Shown: one piece after another, positions 46,103 to 55,368 of the stretch
Position numbering within the stretch: the stretch's first letter is position 1
How the letters are laid out: the number at the start of each line of letters is the position of its first letter
Origin: an uncultured Gammaproteobacteria bacterium
Lineage (GTDB): Bacteria; Patescibacteriota; Microgenomatia; UBA12405; JAHJSD01
Length of the DNA stretch: 64,000 bases
Reading direction: 5' to 3'
Assembly (NCBI GenBank): GCA_964498425.1
Contig: CAZCGQ010000001.1
Coordinates: 163,063 to 227,062, forward strand
Notes under the pieces: model-generated
What the model was told of the DNA's origin: nothing
Databases searched by the model: none
What the model saw: the letters and a program-made list of their open reading frames with translations, nothing else
Made by a program: the position numbers and the translations under genes

Positions 46103-47527
46103 GTGAAAATTGATCTAGATTACAAAATTTTTATTCCATTCTCTCTATTTTTATTATTGTTCCTACCCAGTCTTTTCGAGCCAATCAGCTATGGGGATGA
46201 ATGTATTTACCTTACCTTGGGTAACGCCTTTCGCCGGGGTCTAGTTTTTTATAAAGACATCCATGATAACAAACCTCCACTGCTCTATTTAACTGCCGCG
46301 ATCAGCCAAGGCCATCTTTTCTGGTTCCGGCTAATCTCACTGGCCTGGAATTTAATTCATCTCGGAATTATTTATGAATTAATCAGTAAATTGACTAAGA
46401 AAAAATGGCTTCCTGCCGCGGCTGGAATAATCTTCACCTTAGCGTTCTTAATTTTCGAAGGTCGCATCGCCAATGGGGAAAACTTCATGATGATGCCAGT
46501 AACCTTGGCTGTCTACTTGTACTGGTCAAACAAAAAAAATCTATCTACAAAGATTCTCACCCTTATGGGCTTACTATTTTCAGTCGGATTTTTATTTAAA
46601 ATTCCAGTTGGCTTTGATTTTACCGGAGTCGTTTTAGCTTTATTTCTATTAAAGCCTTCCCTCCAGCAAATTAAAAAAATATTTATCATGGCAATAAGCT
46701 TTGCGTTTCCAATAATCCTTTCTATTATTTATTACACTTTTAACGGGGCATTTACACCCTATGTTCGGTCAGCTTTAATGCAAAACATTGGTTATCTTTC
46801 CTCTTGGCAGGGCAGTAACCTCGGCTTGTACGTTCGATTTGGGCTTTTAATTGTCTTTGCCTTGGGATTAGCCGTGATCCGAAAAAAATTATCTCCACAA
46901 GTCTTGTTTTTCAGTTTATGGTTTATCTTCGGCTTATTTGGTGCCCTTCTTTCCGCCCGACCTTATCCGCATTATTTCATCGAAATTGTTCCAAGTTTAG
47001 CTATTTTAATTGCTCTTGCGCTAGATAATATCAATTTCAAAAATGTCGCTCCGGTAATTACTGCTTTTGGTTTAATCATCACCAGCTACATCTATTTTAA
47101 CTTCTGGTGGTATCCAATCTTGCCTTATTACAAAAACTTCACCAGTTATATTTTGGGCAGTAAGTCTAAAACAGAATTCATCAATTATTGGGGAGAAAGA
47201 ACGGTTGACAATTATCAGCTGGCAAAAAAAATTAAGCGAATTACTTCGCCAAAAGATAGGGTTTTTATTTGGGGCGAAGGCTCATGCGTTTATGCCTTAA
47301 GTCGCCGCCTACCTCCAGGCAGGTACACAGTAAATTATCACATTTACGACTTTAATGGCTATCAAGAAACAGCCAAAGCAATAGCTGAAACTAAACCTAA
47401 AGTTATTGTTGAAATGCATAGTGAAAATGAAAATTGGCCAAAACTTGACGAAATTATCTCCCAAAACTACTATCGACTACAGTCCCCAGACTTAAAGGAC
47501 AGAGTATACGTTAGATATAAAAAATGA
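46103..47527 (+). CDS. GT-C fold glycosyltransferase, ArnT/PMT_2-like (family 39/83)
   Basis: YGDECIYLTLGN...HDNKPPLLYL, the DE...KPPL motif of ArnT-type transferases. About 12 TM helices. Confidence 0.65.
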   Translation: MKIDLDYKIFIPFSLFLLLFLPSLFEPISYGDECIYLTLGNAFRRGLVFYKDIHDNKPPLLYLTAAISQGHLFWFRLISLAWNLIHLGIIYELISKLTKKKWLPAAAGIIFTLAFLIFEGRIANGENFMMMPVTLAVYLYWSNKKNLSTKILTLMGLLFSVGFLFKIPVGFDFTGVVLALFLLKPSLQQIKKIFIMAISFAFPIILSIIYYTFNGAFTPYVRSALMQNIGYLSSWQGSNLGLYVRFGLLIVFALGLAVIRKKLSPQVLFFSLWFIFGLFGALLSARPYPHYFIEIVPSLAILIALALDNINFKNVAPVITAFGLIITSYIYFNFWWYPILPYYKNFTSYILGSKSKTEFINYWGERTVDNYQLAKKIKRITSPKDRVFIWGEGSCVYALSRRLPPGRYTVNYHIYDFNGYQETAKAIAETKPKVIVEMHSENENWPKLDEIISQNYYRLQSPDLKDRVYVRYKK

Positions 47528-47547
47528 TAAAATAACCCACATTTGTC

Positions 47548-49047
47548 ATGAATGAAAATAAAACTAAGTTTTACCGGTTGCTGGAAATGATTCCTGGCTT
47601 TTTATCCTGGAACATTATCCTTTTCTTAATTTGGGGCTCTTTTTTAGTCCCCAGGCTAGTTGCCTATTTTGTTATTGCCTTCCTAATCTATTGGTTTTAT
47701 CAATCAGCAAAGTCGGCAATTTTAGGAATTCGGGGCTTTCTTAAAATCAACAAAACCAAAAGAATTAACTGGCGGCAAAAATACTTAGACGAAAAAAAAG
47801 ATAGTTGGCTGGATTGGGATGAAATCAAACATGTGATTGTCATTCCTAACTATGATGAAAGCGTTAAAACAATTTCCAAGAATCTCCACTCTTTAGCTAG
47901 TCAAAAAAATTTGAATCCCAAAGAAAAAATGATTGTTGTTTTAGCAATGGAACAGCGAGCAAAAGACCATAAAGAACGAGCCGCGGAATTAATCTCTAAG
48001 TTTGAAGATAAATTTCTTCAGCTTTTCGCTACCTATCATCCTTCGGATATTCCCGGTGAAATTAAAGGTAAGGCCTCTAATGAAGCCTGGGCAGCCAAAC
48101 AAGCTAAGAAGAAAATCTTTAAGGATAAAGGTAATGACATCAGCAAATTTACGATTACCAGCTGCGATGCCGATGCCAAATTCAATCCCAATTATTTCGC
48201 TGATTTAACTTATAAATTTGCCAAATCGCCCAAGCGTTACCAACAATTTTGGCAGGCTCCAATTTTCTGGCATAACAATTTAAATCAAGTACCGTCTCCG
48301 GTCAGGATAGTCGGTATTATCAGCAATATAATTTATTTATCTCACCTTCAAGAACCGGATGGCCTGTTTTTCAACTACTCTGCTTACTCTCTCAGTTTTC
48401 AACTTTTAGACAAAGTTGGATATTGGGACACTGATATTATTCCCGAAGACTGGCATATATTTTTACAGTCTTTTTTCAGCACTAAAGGCAAAGTTTCTGT
48501 CAGCCCAATTTTTGCCCCGGTCAGTATTGATGCTCCGGAAGGAAAAAACTACTGGGATGCTCTAAAAAATCGCTATCTCCAATGCCAGCGACATGCCTGG
48601 GGAGCAACCGATATCCCGTATGCAATAACTAAGGCTTTAAAAGACAACCAAATACCATTTCTAGTCAAATGGCTGAGGGTCTATAAATTAATCCATACCC
48701 ATCTTCTTTGGGCAACTAATTGGTTTATCCTCACTCTTGGGGCCTCACTACCTCCGCTTTTAAACCCAAAGTTCTTTCAAACATCCCTTGGGTACAATCT
48801 GCCTAAGTTTTCTCAAATAATCCTGACCATTTGTTTAATATCACTAGCAATCACAATTATTCTTGACTGGAAACTCCAACCCCAAAAAGACAAGGCCTTA
48901 TCCTTCGGCCAAAAGGTTATCTACTTAGTCCAATGGTTGTTAATGCCAGTAGCTACCTTGTTTATGTCTGTTTTGCCAGGCTTGGATGCTCAAACAAAAT
49001 TGCTTTTTGGGAAAAGGCTAGAATATTGGGTAACTAAAAAATACTAA
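47548..49047 (+). CDS. Membrane-embedded glycosyltransferase family 2 (synthase-like, processive type)
   Basis: VIVIPNYDE, the DxD motif TSCDADAKF, a QxxRW-like region, and N- and C-terminal TM helices. Confidence 0.7.
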   Translation: MNENKTKFYRLLEMIPGFLSWNIILFLIWGSFLVPRLVAYFVIAFLIYWFYQSAKSAILGIRGFLKINKTKRINWRQKYLDEKKDSWLDWDEIKHVIVIPNYDESVKTISKNLHSLASQKNLNPKEKMIVVLAMEQRAKDHKERAAELISKFEDKFLQLFATYHPSDIPGEIKGKASNEAWAAKQAKKKIFKDKGNDISKFTITSCDADAKFNPNYFADLTYKFAKSPKRYQQFWQAPIFWHNNLNQVPSPVRIVGIISNIIYLSHLQEPDGLFFNYSAYSLSFQLLDKVGYWDTDIIPEDWHIFLQSFFSTKGKVSVSPIFAPVSIDAPEGKNYWDALKNRYLQCQRHAWGATDIPYAITKALKDNQIPFLVKWLRVYKLIHTHLLWATNWFILTLGASLPPLLNPKFFQTSLGYNLPKFSQIILTICLISLAITIILDWKLQPQKDKALSFGQKVIYLVQWLLMPVATLFMSVLPGLDAQTKLLFGKRLEYWVTKKY

Positions 49048-49424
49048 TGGCTGAGAAAAAGGGCTTACACTTATTAACTAAAATTGGCCACCTTTGGCTG
49101 AAGAAAAATATTCTTCGGGCATTAGTATTAACGCTAATTATAATTTTGGTTCAGATAGTTTTAATTGTCCTTTATTTCTCGCAATTACCGCCAAGTGTTC
49201 CTCTCTACTACTCGCGTCCGTGGGGTCAAGCACAGTTAGCCGAAGCCATCTACCTTTTCTTACTCCCTTCACTTTCCCTAATAATATTTGTCATTAATTC
49301 CCTACTCGCCTCGCTTTTTGTTGACCATAAAGAATTTTACAGCCACTGTTTGATTTGGGTAAGCACAATATTTTCTGTTTTTAATTTAATTACTTTAATT
49401 AAAATTCTCCAAATAACCCTTTAA
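49047..49424 (+). CDS. Small membrane protein (3-4 TM), possibly a GT2 accessory subunit
   Basis: Hydrophobic ORF, translationally coupled between the GT2 and the WecA-like gene. Confidence 0.35.
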   Translation: MAEKKGLHLLTKIGHLWLKKNILRALVLTLIIILVQIVLIVLYFSQLPPSVPLYYSRPWGQAQLAEAIYLFLLPSLSLIIFVINSLLASLFVDHKEFYSHCLIWVSTIFSVFNLITLIKILQITL

Positions 49425-50470
49425 TGTCATTACTTTTTTCTGCCCTTGGCCTATCTTTTTTTATCAGTATAGCCACAACCCCTCTAGTCATTTGGTTTTT
49501 CAAAAAACATAACTGGCTGGAAGACCCAAATCAAGAAGACCGACCTAACGTAACTCACACTAAACCAATACCTAGAGGCGGCGGTATTTCCTGCTTTTTA
49601 GCCGTTTTTGTTACCAGCTTAATTTTCCTGTCCCCCGACCCACAACTCAAGGCTATTTTAATAGCCGCCTTACTAACCCTAGTTGTCGGCTTATTCGACG
49701 ACATCCATAACCTAAGTCCATATTTAAGACTAATTACTAACGCCGTAGCGGCAATAATTATAATTCAAGCTGGAATTAAAATAAATTTTGTTACCAACCC
49801 CTTTGGCGGAATAATTAACCTCGACTTTTACTGGGGTCCAATAAACATTGCCAGCTTAATTAGCCTAATCTGGATTCTCTGGTTAATGAACGTTGTTGGT
49901 TGGTCAGCTGGAATTGCCGGTCAACTTCCCGGATTTATTGCCATTACCAGTTTTATCATCGGCTTACTCAGTTTAAGATTCATCCAAGACATTACCCAAT
50001 GGCCGGTTACTGTTCTTGCCGGTGGTGTCGCCGGAGCCTATCTGGGGTTCCTTCCCTTCAATTATCATCCTCAAAAAATTATGCCCGGGTACAGCGGGAA
50101 AAGTTTAGCCGGACTATTTATTGCTGTCCTGGCTATTCTCTCCGGAGCAAAATTAGCTACTGTCATCCTAACTCTAGGCATTCCAATGATTGACGGCATC
50201 TGGGCAATAATCCGCCGTCTTTCCAAAGGCAAAATGCCAATCTGGGGAGACGCCCAACATCTTCATCATCTCCTGCTAAAAGCAGGTGTACCTCAACCCT
50301 TAATTGCTGTTATCTACTGGCTTTTCTCAGCCGGGTTAGGGGCAATTGTTCTTCAACTAAATAGTCGGCAAAAGATTTGGGCCTTTCTTATGGTAGGAGT
50401 AATTTTTATTTTTTTAATTCTAACCTTGAAGAAAATTATCAAAAATAATCAATCCGACCTTTCAGCGTAA
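49424..50470 (+). CDS. Polyprenyl-phosphate N-acetylhexosamine-1-phosphate transferase (WecA/TagO/MraY superfamily)
   Basis: THTKPIPRGGG is the WecA HxxPxPRxGG motif. It also has the DD motif FDDIHNL and 10-11 TM helices. Confidence 0.75.
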   Translation: MSLLFSALGLSFFISIATTPLVIWFFKKHNWLEDPNQEDRPNVTHTKPIPRGGGISCFLAVFVTSLIFLSPDPQLKAILIAALLTLVVGLFDDIHNLSPYLRLITNAVAAIIIIQAGIKINFVTNPFGGIINLDFYWGPINIASLISLIWILWLMNVVGWSAGIAGQLPGFIAITSFIIGLLSLRFIQDITQWPVTVLAGGVAGAYLGFLPFNYHPQKIMPGYSGKSLAGLFIAVLAILSGAKLATVILTLGIPMIDGIWAIIRRLSKGKMPIWGDAQHLHHLLLKAGVPQPLIAVIYWLFSAGLGAIVLQLNSRQKIWAFLMVGVIFIFLILTLKKIIKNNQSDLSA

Positions 50471-51273
50471 GTTCCTGAAATCCACCCTTCTTCTCCATCC
50501 TCATATTCAATTTTATACCAGCCGTTATCTTCTTCAATAAATGGAAATTCTTCTCCCGGGTTTACTCGTCCAACTTCCTCATTAGCTGTCCCTGGTCCAC
50601 TTCTTACCCTTAACCATCCGGTTGGAGTATCTCCAATTACTACTGTTGGCCCAATCTCTGTTTCAGTTGGAGTTGGGGTTGTTTCCGGCTCTAAGGCCTC
50701 CTCCTGTTTAATCAAATCTACTTCCGCAACCAAACGGTAACCATTCAACGTCCTTGACATAATCTCAACCTCTTTATATCCAGGAGCTGAAACAGAAATT
50801 CGATGTTCACCCTCACCAATATCCTCTAAATTGAGGGGACTAAAGCCCCGCATTTGGCCGTCAACACTAACCGAGCAATCGTCAGGCTTACAGCTAATAA
50901 TTAACCCTGCCTTATCATTTACACTTGTTTTTTCTAGGTAAATGAGCCTCCCCCCCGATAATTCCGGGTTGGAATTAAACTCCCAATTAACAAAGGTTTG
51001 GGTATTAGGGTTAAGATAAATTTCTCGTTCCCAAACCGTCGAAATATCCCCTTGCTCCGGAACAAGCTTTATTGTTGTTTCTCCGGCTGAAATGCTGTCG
51101 TTTTCATAAGGAGTTGATCCTGCTTCTTGACCGTCAATATAAACTGTCGCTGATGGGTAAGCATCTAAGGATATTGCCGCTTTTTTTTCACCTATTCCAC
51201 CAGTAAAAATAAAGACAATTAGTCCAATAACTCCAACAACACCAATTAATACCAGAAGCCCTTTTTTTGTCAT
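50449..51273 (-). CDS. Membrane-anchored PEGA-domain protein with a C-terminal SH3b domain
   Basis: N-terminal TM, PEGA-like repeats (VYIDGQEAGSTP, VSVDGQMRGFSP), and a C-terminus GWLRVRSGPGTANEEVGRV...GWYKIEYEDGEEGWISGTY. Confidence 0.5.
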   Translation of the reverse strand: MTKKGLLVLIGVVGVIGLIVFIFTGGIGEKKAAISLDAYPSATVYIDGQEAGSTPYENDSISAGETTIKLVPEQGDISTVWEREIYLNPNTQTFVNWEFNSNPELSGGRLIYLEKTSVNDKAGLIISCKPDDCSVSVDGQMRGFSPLNLEDIGEGEHRISVSAPGYKEVEIMSRTLNGYRLVAEVDLIKQEEALEPETTPTPTETEIGPTVVIGDTPTGWLRVRSGPGTANEEVGRVNPGEEFPFIEEDNGWYKIEYEDGEEGWISGTYAERSD

Positions 51274-51390
51274 TTTTTCACCCGGAAAGTTAAACTTTCC
51301 CTACGCTTAATATATCAAATATATCTAGGTACAGCAAATAAACAAATTGCATAAACCAACCTGCAATGTTAAAATTAAACCTACGCGGAG

Positions 51391-51481
51391 CTTTGATATA
51401 GGAGGGTTTACCCGCCGAAGCTTTGACGTATGCGGGCTTGCCCGCCGAAGCTTTGTGCGTAGGAGGGTTTACCCGCCGAAG
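51391..51481 (+). repeat. Three head-to-tail 30-31-nt repeats (CTTTGNNNGTAGGAGGGTTTACCCGCCGAAG) immediately upstream of tRNA-Val
   Basis: Direct reading shows exact 30-nt periodicity. Two more copies lie at 51591..51646, upstream of tRNA-Ile. Confidence 0.7.
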
Positions 51482-51483
51482 GC

Positions 51484-51557
51484 GGGCGGTTAGCTCAGTT
51501 GGCTAGAGCGTTTCTTTGACGTAGAAAAGGCCAGGGGTTCGAGTCCTCTACCGCCCA
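51484..51557 (+). tRNA. tRNA-Val (anticodon GAC)
   Basis: Cloverleaf with acceptor GGGCGGU/ACCGCCC, D-arm GCUCAGUUGGCUAGAGC, anticodon stem UUUCU/AGAAA with loop uuGACgu, and T-arm AGGGGUUCGAGUCCUCU. Confidence 0.85.
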
Positions 51558-51648
51558 CCCACGTACCAGTGCAAGCACGGTACATGGCAAGCATCGGGGG
51601 TTTTACCCGCCGAAGCCTTGTACGTAGGAGGGTTTACCCGCCGCAGGC

Positions 51649-51722
51649 GGGCCGTTAGCTCAGTCGGCTAGAGCGCTGTCCTGATAAGACAGAGGTCTCA
51701 GGTTCGAGTCCTGAACGGCCCA
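51649..51722 (+). tRNA. tRNA-Ile (anticodon GAT)
   Basis: Cloverleaf with acceptor GGGCCGU/ACGGCCC, anticodon stem CUGUC/GACAG with loop cuGAUaa, and T-arm UCAGGUUCGAGUCCUGA. Confidence 0.85.
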
Positions 51723-51726
51723 CCCA
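51709..51726 (+). repeat. 18-bp direct repeat, left copy (TCCTGAACGGCCCACCCA, the 3' end of tRNA-Ile): attL-like
   Basis: An exact copy recurs at 55063..55080. An upstream GTTCGAG block is also shared. Confidence 0.6.
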
Positions 51727-51797
51727 TAGTTACAACCGCACTTCCAAACAAGATGTCAAAGGGTGGTTTTAGCCTTGCCTTCCAAACTTTTTCACCT

Positions 51798-52145
51798 TTA
51801 ACAATAAAGTTCAAGAAACTTGTCAAATTCCATAACCTTATCCTCAATTTTTTCTTTCTTTAAAAAGCCGAGTAACATTCCCGATTCAAGCATATTCCTC
51901 GAAATTTTATTTGGTTTCCAGGAGATTATCGAATTAAACACACCTTCGTTAATATCTTTAATCATTTCATTGAATTTTGGCCTGTTATCTGAATCCTTAG
52001 CACTTTTATTCTCTTTATAAGTTTTTACGACCTTAAGACCTAATCTGTCTGCAGAAGTTTGACATTCCTGAATTTGGTCGGTTAACGAATACTCCTGTTT
52101 GTTATCCCCACTAGTAGACTTTCTTGCATAAATGCAGTAAACCAA
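51798..52145 (-). pseudogene. Serine recombinase (resolvase/invertase) catalytic-domain remnant lacking a DNA-binding domain
   Basis: CIYARKSTSGDNKQEYSLTDQ is the YxRxST catalytic-Ser motif. DSDNRPKF...NKISRN is the SG/DRLsR region. The ORF ends after ~115 aa. Confidence 0.55.
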
Positions 52146-52264
52146 ATCTTCCTTGTTGACCTATTTTGACTTTATAAGTTCATTGAATAACCGAAACAAC
52201 CCCCCGTAGTTGCCATTTTTCAATCACAATTTAATATTATTTAATCCTAAATTTTTATAATCTA

Positions 52265-52855
52265 CTAAAAACCTAAGCTGATTAGAGCTTCTTCATCACC
52301 AAGCAACTTTAAATCCCCGACCTTTAACTTAAATCCCTTAGCGTCAGTAGGAACTTCATATATATCAATAAATTCAAAAGGAACGTTAGGATTTAGGTTA
52401 GACAACATGAACAAACTTTTATCTTCAGGAATCCAATCGCTAGCGTCAGGAGCAGGTTTAAATTCCCGGTTTTGGTCATCCATCAAATCTAAGTTGGAAA
52501 CAGATTTCATTTCTTTGCCCAAGTTTTCAACCATAACCGTTACTTCAACAAACTTTCCACTGGCGGTTTTATCCTCAGATAAGGAGGGATATTTACTGTC
52601 TGAAGCTTTTAACACAGAACCTAAATCTCTAGCGTCAACCAATTTCCACTTTACCTCGTCAACGACAACTTCTTCGCCCATCTGATAAATTTTTTCCTCT
52701 TCTTGTTTTCCCTCATCGTTTTTTGTCGTAGTTTGTTCTTGATTAGTTGAAGTAGTAGGTTTTTCCCCTTCGTTGCCGCCTGTAGCCACAATTATTACTA
52801 CTAAAACAACAAAGGCAATCAAGCCCCATTTGAAAAGCTTTTTCACTTTCTTCAA
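52265..52855 (-). CDS. Membrane-anchored secreted protein, DUF4352-like (uncertain)
   Basis: N-terminal TM anchor, then a Thr/Glu-rich linker and a beta-rich domain. Architecture typical of phage/island-associated DUF4352 lipoproteins. Confidence 0.3.
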   Translation of the reverse strand: MKKVKKLFKWGLIAFVVLVVIIVATGGNEGEKPTTSTNQEQTTTKNDEGKQEEEKIYQMGEEVVVDEVKWKLVDARDLGSVLKASDSKYPSLSEDKTASGKFVEVTVMVENLGKEMKSVSNLDLMDDQNREFKPAPDASDWIPEDKSLFMLSNLNPNVPFEFIDIYEVPTDAKGFKLKVGDLKLLGDEEALISLGF

Positions 52856-53264
52856 TTTTGTTCACCCCCTTTCTTGGGAGTATCCATATTTTAGTCTATC
52901 CTTTAGCTAAGGATAAGTCAAAAACAGTTTTAGGCAACCTCTAACGTCTTCAAAAGCCAATTCTTGACAACTAAAATGAAGTCCTGATTATGAAAGGTCC
53001 TTAATATTCAAAAAACTTTGGGTAATATAAGATAAGTAAATATACTTACAAATTTTTAATATAAACAAATATAGCTTACGGTTAATTATTTAACTTCCTC
53101 AAGTAGGTTCCTTGCCTAGGGGCATAAAAACTATTTTGTCTAAGACCAAAATTAACAGTAGTGAATTCAAAAGGTATAGCTCAAAATCGTTTGATTCAAA
53201 CTTCATCATTATTTAACCCTGTACACCTATATTTTTTATATTTCTTTGATATAATTCGCCTAAA

Positions 53265-54620
53265 ATGAGCAAATTGATTATTGAAAAAAACTACAAGGCT
53301 GTAGAAGCTGGCCTTCAAGTACCCAACAATGACTTCAATATTTTCATTGGAGCTAATAACTCCGGAAAAACATCTTTATTAGGAGCCATCCACAAAAAAA
53401 TCGGAAGGGCTAATGCAGTTACAGTTTCACCACAAAGATTCAACATTAATCCCAATCTTAAAGAAGATGACAGGGAAAGGTTTGACGATTACGTTCGAAC
53501 TTCAAAGTCTAAAGGTGCAACTCACAATGGCTCAAATGAGGTAAGCCTTCCCAATTTCATACAATTATTCGCTGGTATGGAAAGAATTGATAGCAACCGG
53601 TTAATTGCCTGGATAAACAACAATTTTCCCATCAACATACTAAGAAGAGAAGATACAAGCAAAGGAGTAACCAAAACAATTCTTGAGATTGATGGACAAC
53701 CACCTGATGTTCAAGGTACGGGATTAAGGTCGTTAATGAACTTACTTTTTCACGTTTTTAGCTCAGATAACAAGGTATTGCTAATAGATGAACCAGAAAT
53801 ATCTATTGAGCCAGAAAAACAAAAAATTTTATTTGATTTATTAAAAAATGTAAGCCAAGGACAAGTAGATGGAGTGGAAAAAAAGCAGATTTTTATTGCA
53901 ACTCACTCTCACCTTTTTTTAGACAGGCAAAAAATAAGTAACAATTATCTGATTACCAAAGATTCTCTAGGAAAAGTTGAAATATACCAACTTAAAACCG
54001 AAAATGAATTCTATACCAAAGTTTTTAGTATGATAGGCGTAACTCCACAAGACATGTTTTTACCTAATAATATTTTAGTTGTTGAAGGTCCAAGTGACTA
54101 TTTTTTCTTGAGAGAGGTAGTGAACCAATTGAATAATACCGGTAAAGTTATTGCCATTCATCACGCAGAATCAGACTCTAGGATATGTGGAGCTTGTCGT
54201 TCAATTGACGATATTCTAAAAATTCCACTTAATCCAGAAATTTTCCTTTACCGAGGCAAACTCTGTGTGTTGTTTGATAAGCAAAAAAGGCAACAATACG
54301 TTGAAGACGCAAGAAAAGCATACAGTGATGACGGTTCACGTATAAGACAATTAACGAAAGGCCCCATTGAGCTATATTATCCCCCAAAGATTGTATCAAG
54401 AATTACTGGTATCGACTCAAATAACATTGAGAAAGCGTTAATGAAATTTGTTAAAAATTGTAAAAAAAGTAAAGATGGAAGGGGCAAATTAGGACAGAAT
54501 AAATTCAGTAAGGTTGAACTGGCTAAAAAGGTAGTTGAAAAAATGAAAGATTCCAATGATTGGGAACTTAACCAAGAAATTGAAGATATTGTAAACAAAG
54601 TAATTAAGTTAGGATATTAA
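53265..54620 (+). CDS. OLD-family nuclease (N-terminal ABC-type ATPase + C-terminal Toprim), anti-phage defence candidate
   Basis: Walker A IFIGANNSGKTSLLGAI, an ABC-signature-like GTGLRSL, Walker B VLLIDEPE, an H-loop ATHSHLF, then the Toprim-like ILVVEGPSDYFFL and acidic residues downstream. Confidence 0.6.
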   Translation: MSKLIIEKNYKAVEAGLQVPNNDFNIFIGANNSGKTSLLGAIHKKIGRANAVTVSPQRFNINPNLKEDDRERFDDYVRTSKSKGATHNGSNEVSLPNFIQLFAGMERIDSNRLIAWINNNFPINILRREDTSKGVTKTILEIDGQPPDVQGTGLRSLMNLLFHVFSSDNKVLLIDEPEISIEPEKQKILFDLLKNVSQGQVDGVEKKQIFIATHSHLFLDRQKISNNYLITKDSLGKVEIYQLKTENEFYTKVFSMIGVTPQDMFLPNNILVVEGPSDYFFLREVVNQLNNTGKVIAIHHAESDSRICGACRSIDDILKIPLNPEIFLYRGKLCVLFDKQKRQQYVEDARKAYSDDGSRIRQLTKGPIELYYPPKIVSRITGIDSNNIEKALMKFVKNCKKSKDGRGKLGQNKFSKVELAKKVVEKMKDSNDWELNQEIEDIVNKVIKLGY

Positions 54621-55062
54621 ACTATCTCACGAGAGAGCAAATTATTTCCTTCTTCGAACACTTATAGTATTAGTTCGAGAAGAATTAAGCTATAGTGTAC
54701 TGGTTAGTAGTTGGATAGGAAAAGCCCTGTTTTTTAAGGTCTACAACTGCCCCGTCAATTCCAATCACTTGAGTAGACGTTAGTTCAATTCCTCCAACTG
54801 TTGAAGTTCCACTTGCCGTAGTCGTGGTTTTTGTTGGGATTTCAATTTTAATAATTTCTCAGTTAGCTTCGCCAAATCGTTAAACATTGTTTTTTCTTGA
54901 TTAATTTTTAACTTTTAAATTTAACGAGATTATATAGAATAACTTTCCCAATAGTTTGCGGTAGGAAGTCTATTTCACCAAATAAATAGGCGTCCATTTC
55001 TTGGTTGAAGTTTTTGATTACGTTAGAATTGTAAAACGCAAAGTTGTAAAGTTCGAGGTAAA

Positions 55063-55080
55063 TCCTGAACGGCCCACCCA
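55063..55080 (+). repeat. 18-bp direct repeat, right copy (attR-like)
   Basis: Exact match to 51709..51726. Confidence 0.6.
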
Positions 55081-55084
55081 CTCC

Positions 55085-55124
55085 TTGACAATGTACAATT
55101 AAAATGTTAGATTAAATTTAACAT
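55085..55124 (+). promoter_or_regulatory. Putative promoter (TTGACA-17nt-TAGATT) with the palindrome ATGTTAG-N9-TAACAT overlapping the -10 and start codon of the antitoxin gene
   Basis: Read directly from the sequence. This is the typical layout of an autoregulated toxin-antitoxin operator. Confidence 0.4.
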
Positions 55125-55368
55125 GAATGTTGTAACATCTACTACACTAAGAAACAATTTAGCCGATGCCTTTAACGAGGTAGCTGAAAAAGATTATCTT
55201 TTGGTCTCCAAAAGGGGCAAAATAAAATCTGCCCTGGTTAATATCAACTTTTTAGAGGATTTATTAGCCCTGGCTAATAAAAAGTATCTAGCAAGCATAA
55301 AAAAAGCCAGAGAGGAATATGAAAAAGGGGACGTTTTTACCCATGAACAAGCCTTCGGCGAAATATAA
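55123..55368 (+). CDS. Type II antitoxin, Phd/YefM family
   Basis: TTLRNNLADAFNEVAEKDYLLVSKRGK...VNINFLEDLL matches the Phd/YefM fold. Confidence 0.75.
   Translation: MNVVTSTTLRNNLADAFNEVAEKDYLLVSKRGKIKSALVNINFLEDLLALANKKYLASIKKAREEYEKGDVFTHEQAFGEI

Larger units (their letters stand above)
51727..55062. mobile_element. Degraded integrated element / defence islet inserted at tRNA-Ile
   Basis: Bounded by direct repeats that duplicate the tRNA 3' half. It contains a truncated serine-recombinase gene, a DUF4352-like gene, an OLD-family nuclease and ~440 nt of non-coding DNA. Confidence 0.5.

Noticed and set aside
51391-51648. Possible CRISPR array near the tRNAs
   Set aside because: The units abut head-to-tail with a 30-nt period and no unique spacers, and no cas genes are present. 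This is a tandem repeat, not CRISPR.
54640-54880. Stop-free minus-strand frame (~57 codons, EIIKIEIPTKTTTTASG...) in the ORF-free part of the islet as an integrase remnant
   Set aside because: No start codon and no recognisable recombinase motifs. It is too short to assign.
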